From Candidatus Nomurabacteria bacterium (lineage in GTDB: Bacteria > Patescibacteriota > Minisyncoccia > Phycocordibacterales > UBA9973): a stretch of DNA of 64,000 nt. The stretch lies in assembly GCA_029288725.1 (NCBI GenBank), contig JARIGS010000010.1:103883-167882 (forward strand). Direction: 5' to 3'. The translations under genes were made by a program, and so were the position numbers. The notes under the pieces are model-generated. The model searched no databases, was not told the origin of the DNA, and was given only the letters and a program-made list of their open reading frames with translations. Positions 56,180 through 64,000 of this stretch are shown piece by piece (the first letter of the stretch is position 1; every line of letters begins with the position of its first letter).

Positions 56180-56983
56180 TTAGTTGAGAAAAAGATTATT
56201 GAAAAGACATGCTACCGTGATTGGGCCAATACCGCCGGGTACGGGTGTATAGAGTGATGCCTTATCAGCACACTGGGGATCAATATCGCCGACGAGCTTT
56301 CCGGTCATCTCACTTGTTCCCGCATCAATAAGCACTACTCCTTCCTTGATCATATCAGGGGTTATTGCATGTGGTGTGCCAGTACCAGAAATAATGATGT
56401 CAGCCTCTGCCAGTAGTTCTAGCTGCTGGGGTAATGGCGTATACATATCAATGGCAACGTACGGTACTTCCAAACGATCAAGCAGGAGCATAACTGGACC
56501 ACCCACTAGGGCGCCCTTCCCTCTCACCACAATACGCTTGTCGTGGAGAGTGATGGTGTACAGCTTCAGAACAAGCTCAACTGCGGCGGCAACCGGCGGC
56601 ATGCGAGCAGTGTCGCCATTGGCAAATGCCATCAATGCGGCAGTGCTAAGGACATCGACATCCATACCAAGTGGAAGCTCATTCATGACGGCACCGGCAT
56701 CGATGCCCGGTGGTAGTGGCAACTGTATGACAATGCCATCATACCCTTCAGCTACGATGCCTTGCAATACCGCTATTGCTTCCTCAGTAGTAGCTGCATC
56801 CGACTGAACATGGACTGCACTGACTCCCAGCTGTTCTGCCACCTTCATTTTCATGCCAACGAATTTCTTACTTGCCAGATCATCACCATACTGGAGAAAG
56901 CACACGCGTGTAATCTGCTGCATTGCCTGGTCCTTCAGTGATTCAATCACTGCTTCCTTGATACTGTTTCCGTCAACAATCAT
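56180..56983 (-). CDS. folD: bifunctional methylene-THF dehydrogenase/methenyl-THF cyclohydrolase FolD
   Basis: FolD fold of 267 aa with an NAD(P) motif VVRGKGALVGGPV. Confidence 0.85.
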   Translation of the reverse strand: MIVDGNSIKEAVIESLKDQAMQQITRVCFLQYGDDLASKKFVGMKMKVAEQLGVSAVHVQSDAATTEEAIAVLQGIVAEGYDGIVIQLPLPPGIDAGAVMNELPLGMDVDVLSTAALMAFANGDTARMPPVAAAVELVLKLYTITLHDKRIVVRGKGALVGGPVMLLLDRLEVPYVAIDMYTPLPQQLELLAEADIIISGTGTPHAITPDMIKEGVVLIDAGTSEMTGKLVGDIDPQCADKASLYTPVPGGIGPITVACLFNNLFLN

Positions 56984-58155
56984 ATGAGTATGCTTCTTAG
57001 TATCTGATCAATCTGTTTGGCCAAGGCGATCATATCGTCTGTAGTTTTGCCGCGCGTGGTTTCGGCCGCTGTTCCGACGCGAATGCCAGAAGGATCAATC
57101 GGTGTACGGGTATCAAACGGAATGGCATTTTTGTTCACGATAATGTCCTCGCGCTCCAAGGCTTCACTCGCCGCCTGTCCGCTGATGCCATTGAGCCAGG
57201 TATCAACGAGGAAAAGATGGGTATCAGTACCTCCAGAAATAATGCGCCAGCCCTTTTCAGACAATGCCTGAGCCAATGTCTGGGCATTATTCACCACTGC
57301 TGCCGCATAGGCTTTGAACTCCGGCTGCATGGCCTCATGTAGTGCTACAGCAATGCCGGCAATGGCATTCATATGCGGACCGCCCTGCAGTCCTGGGAAT
57401 ACTGCCTTATTAACTTTCTCATGCAGCTTACGCTCATCCTTGCGCGTAAAGATCAGTGCTCCACGCGGACCTCGCAATGTTTTGTGCGTAGTCATCATAA
57501 CTGTGTCAGCATAGCCAAATGGACTTGGGTATACTCCTCCAGCAATCAGCCCTGCAATGTGCGAAGCATCAACATGCAGTAACGCACCTGCTTCATCAGC
57601 AATGGCTCGCAATGCATCCCAATCAATAATGCGTGAGTACGCAGTGTAGCCTGCCACCAGCATAGCTGGCTTTTCTTCCAGTGCCACCGCACGCATCGCA
57701 GTGTGATCAAGGACTTCAGTCTCCTTATCAAGCACATACGGTACTTGCTGCCACCATCTGCCTGTTATTGAGACCTTGTGACCATGAGTGAGATGTCCGC
57801 CCTGATCAAGCGACAGACCCATGATCTTTGCACCGTGCGGTACTAATGCAGTATAGACAGCAAGATTGGCCGGTGAGCCAGACAATGCCTGCACGTTAAC
57901 GGCCCATGCATCAGCCGACAATCCGAACAATGCCAAGGCACGCTCTTGTGTCAGACGCTCTAGGGCATCTGTGTGCATATTGCCCCCATAATACCGCGCA
58001 CCAGGATAGCCTTCGGCATACTTGTTGGTGAGCGTACTGCCCAGTGCGGCAAGGACATCGTCGGATACGTAATTTTCGGATGCGATTAAGTTAATCGTCT
58101 GCTCTTGGCGAAGGGCTTCATCGTGCAATAGTTGTGCGACCTCTTTGTCCTGCAT
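56980..58155 (-). CDS. glyA: serine hydroxymethyltransferase
   Basis: PLP-lysine region TTHKTLRGPRGALIF, 391 aa. Confidence 0.9.
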   Translation of the reverse strand: MQDKEVAQLLHDEALRQEQTINLIASENYVSDDVLAALGSTLTNKYAEGYPGARYYGGNMHTDALERLTQERALALFGLSADAWAVNVQALSGSPANLAVYTALVPHGAKIMGLSLDQGGHLTHGHKVSITGRWWQQVPYVLDKETEVLDHTAMRAVALEEKPAMLVAGYTAYSRIIDWDALRAIADEAGALLHVDASHIAGLIAGGVYPSPFGYADTVMMTTHKTLRGPRGALIFTRKDERKLHEKVNKAVFPGLQGGPHMNAIAGIAVALHEAMQPEFKAYAAAVVNNAQTLAQALSEKGWRIISGGTDTHLFLVDTWLNGISGQAASEALEREDIIVNKNAIPFDTRTPIDPSGIRVGTAAETTRGKTTDDMIALAKQIDQILRSILI

Positions 58156-58161
58156 GCAATG

Positions 58162-59049
58162 TTATCGGGGTAATACATCCAGTAATTCGTCTGACTGATA
58201 GAACAATGTGCCAAGCTCGCCAAAGGCATAGTCCTTACCGCCCAGTGTGATAGTTGATCCTGCCGCCTTAGGATTGGCATTGGGATGGGAGGCACCAAAG
58301 CCAATGTTGAAAATCGTCACCGTCACGTCAGGACGAGCGGTCACATCGTAGCCGGCATGACTCCATTGGGCTTCAACTTCCTTGATGAAGGCTGCGGTGT
58401 AGAGGTAGGAGTAGTAGTGATTGTGCTCATCGGTCAGGCGGTTGTAGAGCTCAGTATCATGATTGCTGCCGTCAGGATATGCGAGCAATGGAGCGATCGT
58501 TGGACCTGGATAGAATGGCGATGAAGGATCATTGGCATATTGCTCGATCTGAGTAGCGGTATCCTGCTTGATGCCAGAGACGCCGAGTGAGAATTTTGAA
58601 AGTGAAGAGAGAATTTTCAATGGCTCGAAATACTTCTTGAAGCTTTCGCGGTTGGCCGTGAAGTAGCGCAATTGTTCAGGCACGACTGCTGAGGCAATCA
58701 TGCGGGCTGACACACCGGTTTGGCCGGAAACCTGATCGAGCACTGAGGCATCCTTGGTCAGTGCGCCGTGCAGCACATTCCATTCCTCGGTTTTATTCCA
58801 ATCGCACACCGTTGGCACCTTGCCATTCACGGCCTGACAACTGCTAGTCACCGCCGTACCAGGCACCACACCCAGCGACAGGTTGCGAGCTGTACTTGAA
58901 CCCTTGACATTGAGCAAGCCAAACTGCATTGCCACAAAGACGCCCGCAAACGTCAGGCCGATCAAAGCAAAGAGACTGACAATAATTGCAACATATCGGC
59001 GAATGGCCCATTGTCTATTGAGCCAGGTAAAAACAGGGAAATTTTTCAT
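58162..59049 (-). CDS. hypothetical membrane-anchored exported protein
   Basis: An N-terminal TM/signal anchor and a 260-aa domain. No recognisable motif. Confidence 0.45.
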   Translation of the reverse strand: MKNFPVFTWLNRQWAIRRYVAIIVSLFALIGLTFAGVFVAMQFGLLNVKGSSTARNLSLGVVPGTAVTSSCQAVNGKVPTVCDWNKTEEWNVLHGALTKDASVLDQVSGQTGVSARMIASAVVPEQLRYFTANRESFKKYFEPLKILSSLSKFSLGVSGIKQDTATQIEQYANDPSSPFYPGPTIAPLLAYPDGSNHDTELYNRLTDEHNHYYSYLYTAAFIKEVEAQWSHAGYDVTARPDVTVTIFNIGFGASHPNANPKAAGSTITLGGKDYAFGELGTLFYQSDELLDVLPR

Positions 59050-59090
59050 GCAGTCACTATACCAAATAAGTCAGTATTGCAAAAGAAAAA

Positions 59091-59115
59091 AGGCCTTTCG
59101 CATTGCGAAAGGCCT
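59091..59115 (-). terminator. intrinsic terminator (minus-strand orientation)
   Basis: An 11-bp perfect stem aggcctttcgc/gcgaaaggcct with a 3-nt loop. The U-run is on the minus strand. Confidence 0.55.
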
Positions 59116-59286
59116 AACTACTAATCATATATATGATGGACAACTTGCGGCTACCGAGGTAGAGCAAGAAGAGTGGACAAAAGAAAGAACTTCTTTTTTA
59201 CTCTATACCTGTGGATAAGATTTGTCAAAAATTGACTATCGTAAGAAATATGGTATGGTAGAAAAGAACATTCAAAACCACATACT

Positions 59287-59727
59287 ATGAAAAAACTGAT
59301 TAAATACTGCGCCATCATGGGAATTATCCTCGCATGGCTTGGAGTAACAATGATCCTCAGCGACTTGACTTGCCTCACTCATTTCACGAGCGAGCATTAT
59401 TATGTTGAAAGAAATGACCACTTTTTTGTCTCCCCCTCCCCTGTGCTCAATACCCTGCTCGCTCCGCCACAGTACGTGCTGAAGGTCTACAACCCTACCA
59501 CTGAAGATGAGCAATACGGCTATAGCAATATGGTAATCGGTGTCATCGGATTGGGATTGCTTATAATCAGCACCGCAATTCTGTTGCAATATGTCCATCG
59601 CGGCTACGGCACTACTCTTATTATTGCCATCGCCTTGCTTTACACGCTCTACTGGGCTGGCATAGCCATGTTCACTATCGTGCAAAACTGCAAGGGACAG
59701 CAGATACTTTCGGTTACGCAGTTTTAA
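59287..59727 (+). CDS. hypothetical small polytopic membrane protein
   Basis: Four hydrophobic helices, an upstream TTGACT-N17-TATGGT promoter, and the downstream terminator at 59737-59767. It is preferred over the overlapping antisense ORF. Confidence 0.45.
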   Translation: MKKLIKYCAIMGIILAWLGVTMILSDLTCLTHFTSEHYYVERNDHFFVSPSPVLNTLLAPPQYVLKVYNPTTEDEQYGYSNMVIGVIGLGLLIISTAILLQYVHRGYGTTLIIAIALLYTLYWAGIAMFTIVQNCKGQQILSVTQF

Positions 59728-59736
59728 AACATCTGA

Positions 59737-59767
59737 CCCTACCATTTTCAAATGGTGGGGTTTTTTT
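59737..59767 (+). terminator. intrinsic terminator
   Basis: Stem ccctacca/tggtgggg (one G-U pair) with an 8-nt loop, followed by TTTTTTT. Confidence 0.6.
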
Positions 59768-59956
59768 ATTTCCTTGTTTCGGAAAATTAAAAAGTTTCCG
59801 TTAGGGTGTTTTTGAAAAAGACTTCGGGTAAAACTAGATCCTTGTGGTCACAAGTCACTAAGTAAAATCCTTCGCACACGATCGGATTGTACTAAGTGCT
59901 CGCGACCCCGGCTCGCGGATGTCGCCGATGCGGCGGCTCCATCAACGCTGCGCCTT

Positions 59957-60016
59957 CACAAAAACCAAAACACACCCGCCATTTACAAAAATGGAAAGTG
60001 TGTTTTGGTTTTTGTG
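59957..60016. repeat. 19-bp perfect inverted repeat with nested inner hairpin, abutting the tRNA-Glu 3' end
   Basis: CACAAAAACCAAAACACAC at 59957-59975 pairs with GTGTGTTTTGGTTTTTGTG at 59998-60016. The loop carries CCATTT...AAATGG. Confidence 0.5.
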
Positions 60017-60086
60017 ACCCTACGGGGAATCGAACCCCGATTAACGGCTTGAAAAGCCGGCGTCCTAACCGTTAGACGATAGGGCC
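60015..60086 (-). tRNA. tRNA-Glu (anticodon UUC)
   Basis: Manual fold: acceptor GGCCCTA/TAGGGTC, anticodon loop TTTTCAA, T-arm CGGGG-TTCGATT-CCCCG. No CCA is encoded. Confidence 0.8.
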
Positions 60087-60139
60087 AAATACGTACTTAC
60101 GTAACGTCCCAGTATTATAAATAAAAATGGGAAAAAGTA

Positions 60140-60166
60140 AACCGCGCTAGGTAGTATAGCGCGGTT
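60140..60166 (-). terminator. terminator overlapping stop of 60147..60620 gene
   Basis: A 10-bp stem aaccgcgcta/tagcgcggtt with a 7-nt loop. A U-rich tract follows on the minus strand. Confidence 0.5.
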
Positions 60167-60620
60167 CCAGAACTATTGACTTCGAGACAAGGCTTCTTAT
60201 TTCTTGAAACACAAATCCCGGGCCGTCAAGCTTTGGTAGGATGGTATAAAAATCACCGTTAACAATAGTGTGATAATTATAGTGAGAAGGGCTAAAATGT
60301 TGCAGAGCTTTACTCGTTACAGAGATAACGGACTTGTTTCCGAAAATAAAAACTGGATGATACCCTCCCCCGCTTGTTAGCTGTTCAGCTACAAGAGAGC
60401 TCGTATTCTGAGCAAATTCCTCAAAATTGAAGTTACCTTCGGCATCCTTGTAGAGATCTTGCAATACTGGCTGGTCCAAATGAATCTGGATGCCTTCCAT
60501 AATAAGCAGTGAATATACAATCTCAGGAACTTTCATCATGCATGCTGATTCCAGTTTTTCTTTTCCGGGAAAAGCACTGTAAAAATACTCGATTAACACA
60601 ACACCTGATAAGGTTTCCAT
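60147..60620 (-). CDS. hypothetical protein, no recognisable domain
   Basis: ORF with the start set at METLSGVV (60618-60620). It lies between the two tRNA genes. Confidence 0.4.
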   Translation of the reverse strand: METLSGVVLIEYFYSAFPGKEKLESACMMKVPEIVYSLLIMEGIQIHLDQPVLQDLYKDAEGNFNFEEFAQNTSSLVAEQLTSGGGYHPVFIFGNKSVISVTSKALQHFSPSHYNYHTIVNGDFYTILPKLDGPGFVFQEIRSLVSKSIVLEPRYTT

Positions 60621-60702
60621 AATAAGGTTCTTTTTTTCCAGTTTGCCTAAAATCGATTTTTTTGTCAAACTACTTCCCGTACCCACTTTCCCACCCGAAT
60701 AC

Positions 60703-60776
60703 GCGCGGTTAGCTCATATGGTTAGAGCGCAGCATTGACATTGCTGAGGTGACAGGTTCGATCCCTGTATCGCGCA
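60703..60776 (+). tRNA. tRNA-Val (anticodon GAC)
   Basis: Manual fold: acceptor GCGCGGT/ATCGCGC, D-arm GCTC...GAGC, anticodon stem CAGCA/TGCTG with loop TTGACAT, T-arm ACAGG-TTCGATC-CCTGT. Confidence 0.8.
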
Positions 60777-60840
60777 CACCGCTAAAGTACCCTTGCATTG
60801 CAGGTGAAATTTTTAAAGAAATAATAATGGAACAGGGATT

Positions 60841-60875
60841 TAAAAACCTTCTACGTTTAGCGCAGAAGGTTGAGT
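60841..60875. terminator. bidirectional terminator (tRNA-Val / 60889..61431 gene)
   Basis: Stem aaccttct/agaaggtt with an 11-nt loop, with T-rich flanks on both strands. Confidence 0.5.
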
Positions 60876-60888
60876 AATTTTATTTTAA

Positions 60889-61431
60889 TTAGTCTATGGG
60901 AACAAGTGCGGGACAGTTAAGATTGAATTTTTTATTCAAGCTGTAGGCGCCGTCTCTCCAGTGCCCCCCCATAAACTCTAGGCAGCGAACATGTAGCCCC
61001 TTTACACCATCAATATAAATGGTATCCCAAAAGAAAATATGATTCATATTGCCATCCTGATCTTTTTTCCACTCTTCAGGGATGAGATAAGGATGATCCA
61101 ATAGATAGTCAAGGAGGTTAGCGTTAAATACCTTAATTGTATCAAAGTATGATTCCAGCTCCCTACCTGTCATTATATTTTCTCCCGACTGCCTCTTATG
61201 GACAAAGAGCTTAACCTTCGATGGGTCCCATATTATTTTACCGCCGGAATGATGACTCCTAATCTCCCAATTTCCATAACGAATAAGAGGCTTTGAGTCA
61301 AGATCGACAACATGTTCTTTGTACATGATTACGGCCTTGCCCGAGAGGAGGGCCTTCATGCCTTTTTCTCCTCCGACATTGTTGAGAAGGGCCTCAATTT
61401 GGCCGAGATCAACCTTTGAATACTTTATCAT
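60889..61431 (-). CDS. hypothetical protein, no recognisable domain
   Basis: The ORF-track N-terminus begins at a TTG, so the first ATG (MIKYSKVDLGQ, 61429-61431) was used. Conserved-looking blocks are RSHHSGGKIIWDP and HVRCLEFMGGHWRDGAY. Confidence 0.4.
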   Translation of the reverse strand: MIKYSKVDLGQIEALLNNVGGEKGMKALLSGKAVIMYKEHVVDLDSKPLIRYGNWEIRSHHSGGKIIWDPSKVKLFVHKRQSGENIMTGRELESYFDTIKVFNANLLDYLLDHPYLIPEEWKKDQDGNMNHIFFWDTIYIDGVKGLHVRCLEFMGGHWRDGAYSLNKKFNLNCPALVPID

Positions 61432-61500
61432 TGTGAAATAAGTTAATGGGCTAGTTGCCCATATGTGCAATTGCTATCCGCAATTAGGAACTAGACCACC

Positions 61501-61555
61501 GTGGCCATAGCCAGAAACAGCCTTTATAATTAAAGCTTCTTCTGGCTATGGCCAC
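61501..61555. repeat. 16-bp perfect inverted repeat (23-nt spacer) in the 5' leader/operator position of the 60889..61431 gene
   Basis: GTGGCCATAGCCAGAA pairs with TTCTGGCTATGGCCAC. It is flanked by CATATG(T)GCAA direct repeats and has no adjacent U-run. Confidence 0.5.
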
Positions 61556-61608
61556 ATATGCAAAAAGAACTAATTTCAGTATGCCGTACAATTGCAAAAA
61601 GTCAATAA

Positions 61609-62079
61609 CTATTCAGCTAAATCATTAATCTGGGGTATGAAGTCTTTTTCATAGACTTCAACCCTTTTTATAGGTACGGCTTTATCATGACTAACCCACT
61701 CACTGGCGTTCTTTTCCTTAAAATCAGATTTGCTAAACACGTAGACATACCCCTTGCTGTTCTCGTCTATTTGATCAATGCTAGCCTTTGTTGCCTTATA
61801 ACTTAGGTTGCCACTATCTAACCCGTTTACTCTGGCACGATATCCATTCGGGCAGTTCTCTTTGCTAAACAGAGCCATGAATATGGCGTAGTCGAGAAAA
61901 GGACTTGCAAATATTACAGGGGCACCGTCAGGAATACCGCTATTATAAGACTGTCTTGGTTCAAATTCCTCGACGATGCTACCCGTGCCATGAAAGAGAT
62001 ACTGAGAATTAGACCTGAGTTCTGTAAGAGATTCATTTTCCATAGCTTGATAATAGCATTTAAATAAACATCCTTTCAA
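61609..62079 (-). CDS. hypothetical protein, HG[ST]/AIFMAL/DENxxGYVY family, copy 2 (paralogue of 11416..11886)
   Basis: Blocks YLFHGTGSIVEEFEP, DYAIFMALFS, DENSKGYVYVF and FKEKNASEW align in order with copy 1. The start could instead be the internal MENESL at 62043. Confidence 0.45.
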   Translation of the reverse strand: MKGCLFKCYYQAMENESLTELRSNSQYLFHGTGSIVEEFEPRQSYNSGIPDGAPVIFASPFLDYAIFMALFSKENCPNGYRARVNGLDSGNLSYKATKASIDQIDENSKGYVYVFSKSDFKEKNASEWVSHDKAVPIKRVEVYEKDFIPQINDLAE

Positions 62080-62296
62080 TATTACGTTTCTGACGATACT
62101 GACGATGTTTTTCTCAATTCTATATCCCTGAATGCACTATTCCACTTCAATACAATACCTTCTACAATGTTCTATTCCAGACTGCTTGCTCACAAATTTG
62201 ACACCTCCGCCCTTCCCTATTACTATCACACTAAATAGTAGAAACATGGACGGAGATTGCCCGACAACCTAGCCATTTTGCCAGTATGGTGACTAA

Positions 62297-62362
62297 GCCC
62301 CCAAACAAGGTTTGGGGGCTTTTTAATGTAAAACCCCCTTGTATGAAGGGGGTTTGTTTTTT
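62297..62362 (+). terminator. two tandem strong terminator hairpins (10-bp stems) in plus orientation; the second is probably bidirectional
   Basis: gcccccaaac-aag-gtttgggggc is followed by TTTTT, and aaaccccctt-gtatg-aagggggttt is followed by gTTTTTT. Confidence 0.6.
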
Positions 62363-62916
62363 CATTTTTTACACACGACGAGTAAGGTCTTGGGAGGAAG
62401 TACAAGATCCGAGTCGGACAACGTAACGCCGATAACGGACCAATGCCTGTTGGCATAGTGCGCATATAGACCGCCATATGCCACCCTTTCCATATTGATA
62501 AGGTAAAATTTGTCAGTCGTATCAATAAGGTGCTTAATTGTGTACGGCATGTTTCGAACATGGGTCAGTACATCTTTTGCCGGAAATGTCGTAGCTGGTG
62601 TCAGTGACATCATCGTCAGTACAGCATGAGCCGACCTGGAGGGCATTGCTTGGATAGTATGCAAACCTAACGGCGCCACCGTCTCTAATCGGCCATTGTA
62701 GAAGTATTTTAGCGTGTCATCGAAGGTGTGACCCTTAGCATTTTCCTGACCTATTACTACTTTCCGCGGGCCATAGGTTTCGTAAAATTCACAAACATTA
62801 AGATATTCGTGGGTAGTGAGGAGTGGTTCATCCCTGTCCCTTACCCGATACGCACATGCCGCACAAAGTGCCAGTGCCGATGCTATGACGGCACCCAGAA
62901 GCCATGGTTTTTTCAT
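62362..62916 (-). CDS. hypothetical lipoprotein-like exported protein
   Basis: The start was set at MKKPWLLGAVIASALALCAACAY, a signal peptide with a Cys. No recognisable domain. Confidence 0.4.
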   Translation of the reverse strand: MKKPWLLGAVIASALALCAACAYRVRDRDEPLLTTHEYLNVCEFYETYGPRKVVIGQENAKGHTFDDTLKYFYNGRLETVAPLGLHTIQAMPSRSAHAVLTMMSLTPATTFPAKDVLTHVRNMPYTIKHLIDTTDKFYLINMERVAYGGLYAHYANRHWSVIGVTLSDSDLVLPPKTLLVVCKK

Positions 62917-63021
62917 CGTATTGTCTTGTTTAAGAGGTGAAATTTTCCATACCCTACCACATATGTGAAAAATATCAATAATGCATGTAAAAACCCCACA
63001 AATCATTGCGGGGTTTAGGGT

Positions 63022-63258
63022 TCAGTGTATCTGCAGGACTGTAAGATTTCGATAAGTATCTAGGCATTCGCTATGAGCCTTGTTGATACGCATAATGTCG
63101 ATATTGCCGGGGCAATCGATCTGTTCATCTTCAAAGGTCTGAGGGATTGCTCCCCTACTTTTACATACAAATATGCCATGTTCGAGGGCAAGATATTTGC
63201 AACAGCAGGAACCCTGTCCAGCTTTGCACTTGTAGGCTTCCCATGTAGCTTCTGTCAT
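63022..63258 (-). CDS. small Cys-rich hypothetical protein (78 aa)
   Basis: Eight Cys residues, including a CCC triplet and CPG. The palindromic -35 region lies upstream. It is preferred over the overlapping plus ORF. Confidence 0.3.
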   Translation of the reverse strand: MTEATWEAYKCKAGQGSCCCKYLALEHGIFVCKSRGAIPQTFEDEQIDCPGNIDIMRINKAHSECLDTYRNLTVLQIH

Positions 63259-63371
63259 GATCGTGTTAAGTTAAGGTAATTTAAAGAAAAAATACAACAG
63301 CCGTTATTCAAAGTCAATCATTTGACTTTTACTTGCAAACCGTCACAATAGTAAGCAAAAACCGAACCCTC

Positions 63372-64000
63372 ATGAGCACAGAGAAAACGATCCTTGCGAT
63401 CACCAAAACCGAGGGATCTGGCGCACGGACTGTTGCCGATATACTCGTTAGCCATTATGGCTATACACTCTATTCCGTTCGAGATTTACTCGATACAGAA
63501 TACACTAAGCTCAACGGAGCACACTCCATCAACCAAGAACAGCTGAAACTGCTTGCAAATGATATTCGAAAGGAACAAGGCGTTCACGCACTTGTTGCAC
63601 CAATGTTTGAAAGCATTCTCGCCACTGTCGAGGCTCACACTCCTTTTATTATCGAATCACTTTTATGCCCTGCTGAAATACAGTACCTTATGAAGGTCTG
63701 TAAGGAACATGGCATTCGACTAGTACTCGCATGCATTGATGCACCCGCTGAAATGCGTTTGGTTCGCTTGCAACAGCGCTCGAACGTAAAAGGTATCCGA
63801 GATCTCGAAAAGTTAAGAGAGACCGATCGAACATTGTACTTTAGTGAAAGAAAGAGGATTTATATTCCGGTCAATCTTGCACAAGTAGTAGAATTTGAAG
63901 CGTATGAAAAAGCTGTTCCGGAAAAAGAGCCCTATAAGGTAAATGTCCCTCGATGCATTTCGTATGTAAAGAGAAAGGCCCGTTTTCAGAACTATGATGG
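63372..64000 (+). CDS. P-loop kinase-like protein with degenerate Walker A, 3' end outside window
   Basis: N-terminus MSTEKTILAITKTEGSGARTVADIL, which resembles an NMP-kinase P-loop with the Lys replaced. It runs off the window end. Confidence 0.35.
   Translation, partial: MSTEKTILAITKTEGSGARTVADILVSHYGYTLYSVRDLLDTEYTKLNGAHSINQEQLKLLANDIRKEQGVHALVAPMFESILATVEAHTPFIIESLLCPAEIQYLMKVCKEHGIRLVLACIDAPAEMRLVRLQQRSNVKGIRDLEKLRETDRTLYFSERKRIYIPVNLAQVVEFEAYEKAVPEKEPYKVNVPRCISYVKRKARFQNYD

Noticed and set aside
59272-59751. 159-aa minus-strand ORF fully overlapping the plus-strand 59287..59727 ORF
   Set aside because: The plus-strand ORF has four clean TM helices, an upstream promoter and a downstream plus-oriented terminator. 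The minus ORF has no supporting signals and a polar, low-complexity sequence.
62226-62561. 111-aa minus ORF across the tandem-terminator region
   Set aside because: It spans two strong hairpins and the 3' end of the lipoprotein gene in another frame, and it is low-complexity. It is almost certainly not coding.
63073-63279. 68-aa plus-strand ORF overlapping the Cys-rich minus-strand ORF
   Set aside because: The minus-strand product has a plausible Cys-rich metal-binding pattern and an upstream promoter. The plus product is hydrophobic and irregular.
1-64000. Searched for CRISPR arrays, rRNA genes, integrase or transposase genes, and IS-like terminal inverted repeats
   Set aside because: No regularly spaced direct repeats were found. 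There are no rRNA-like conserved tracts, and no ORF has recombinase, DDE or HUH motifs. The accessory regions therefore lack a visible mobility gene.

Overview
This 64 kb window is a very gene-dense, small-genome bacterial chromosome segment. Most genes sit on the minus strand with tiny or overlapping intergenic spacers, and GC is roughly 50% with several clearly AT-richer inserts. The standard code (table 11) fits, because long ORFs are not broken by TGA. The window is mostly housekeeping: a heterodimeric ABC exporter pair, a minimal mraY-ftsW-murG block, scpA/scpB, five aminoacyl-tRNA synthetases (aspS, trpS, cysS, lysS, alaS, several in compact forms), dnaB, recR, the chaperone genes dnaJ, dnaK and grpE as a split set, a ribosomal-protein/rpoA cluster (rpsI-rplM-rplQ-rpoA-rpsD-rpsK-rpsM-rpmJ-infA), pepF, an MgtC-family gene, mnmA, mltG, rseP, frr, mreB, a priA-like gene, rpsU, ybeY, ftsA, ftsZ, trxB, folD, glyA, and tRNA-Glu plus tRNA-Val. 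Reduced enzymes (AlaRS without C-Ala, AspRS without the insertion domain, short delta-prime, PriA without a P-loop), a PaaX-like regulator, pilin-like proteins and tight packing suggest a CPR/Patescibacteria (Saccharibacteria-like) organism; this is inference only. The candidate novel items are listed here.
- Two paralogous uncharacterised 156-aa proteins share an HG[ST] / AIFMAL / DENxxGYVY / FxKxNxxE motif set. One lies next to an AT-rich SAM methyltransferase, the other in an AT-rich island flanked by tRNA-Glu and tRNA-Val.
- A DUF4238 gene is interrupted by a single in-frame TAA.
- An AT-rich MurF-like ligase plus alpha/beta-hydrolase pair is inserted between dnaK and dnaJ.
- A PaaX-like regulator is transcribed divergently from dnaK, with a nested palindrome over the dnaK transcription start.
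- A protein with an N-terminal sigma-70 region-4 HTH and a C-terminal HARE-HTH heads a pilin-like/membrane-protein operon.
- Several long perfect inverted repeats and a candidate small RNA do not fit simple terminator explanations.
No rRNA, CRISPR array, transposase or integrase was seen.
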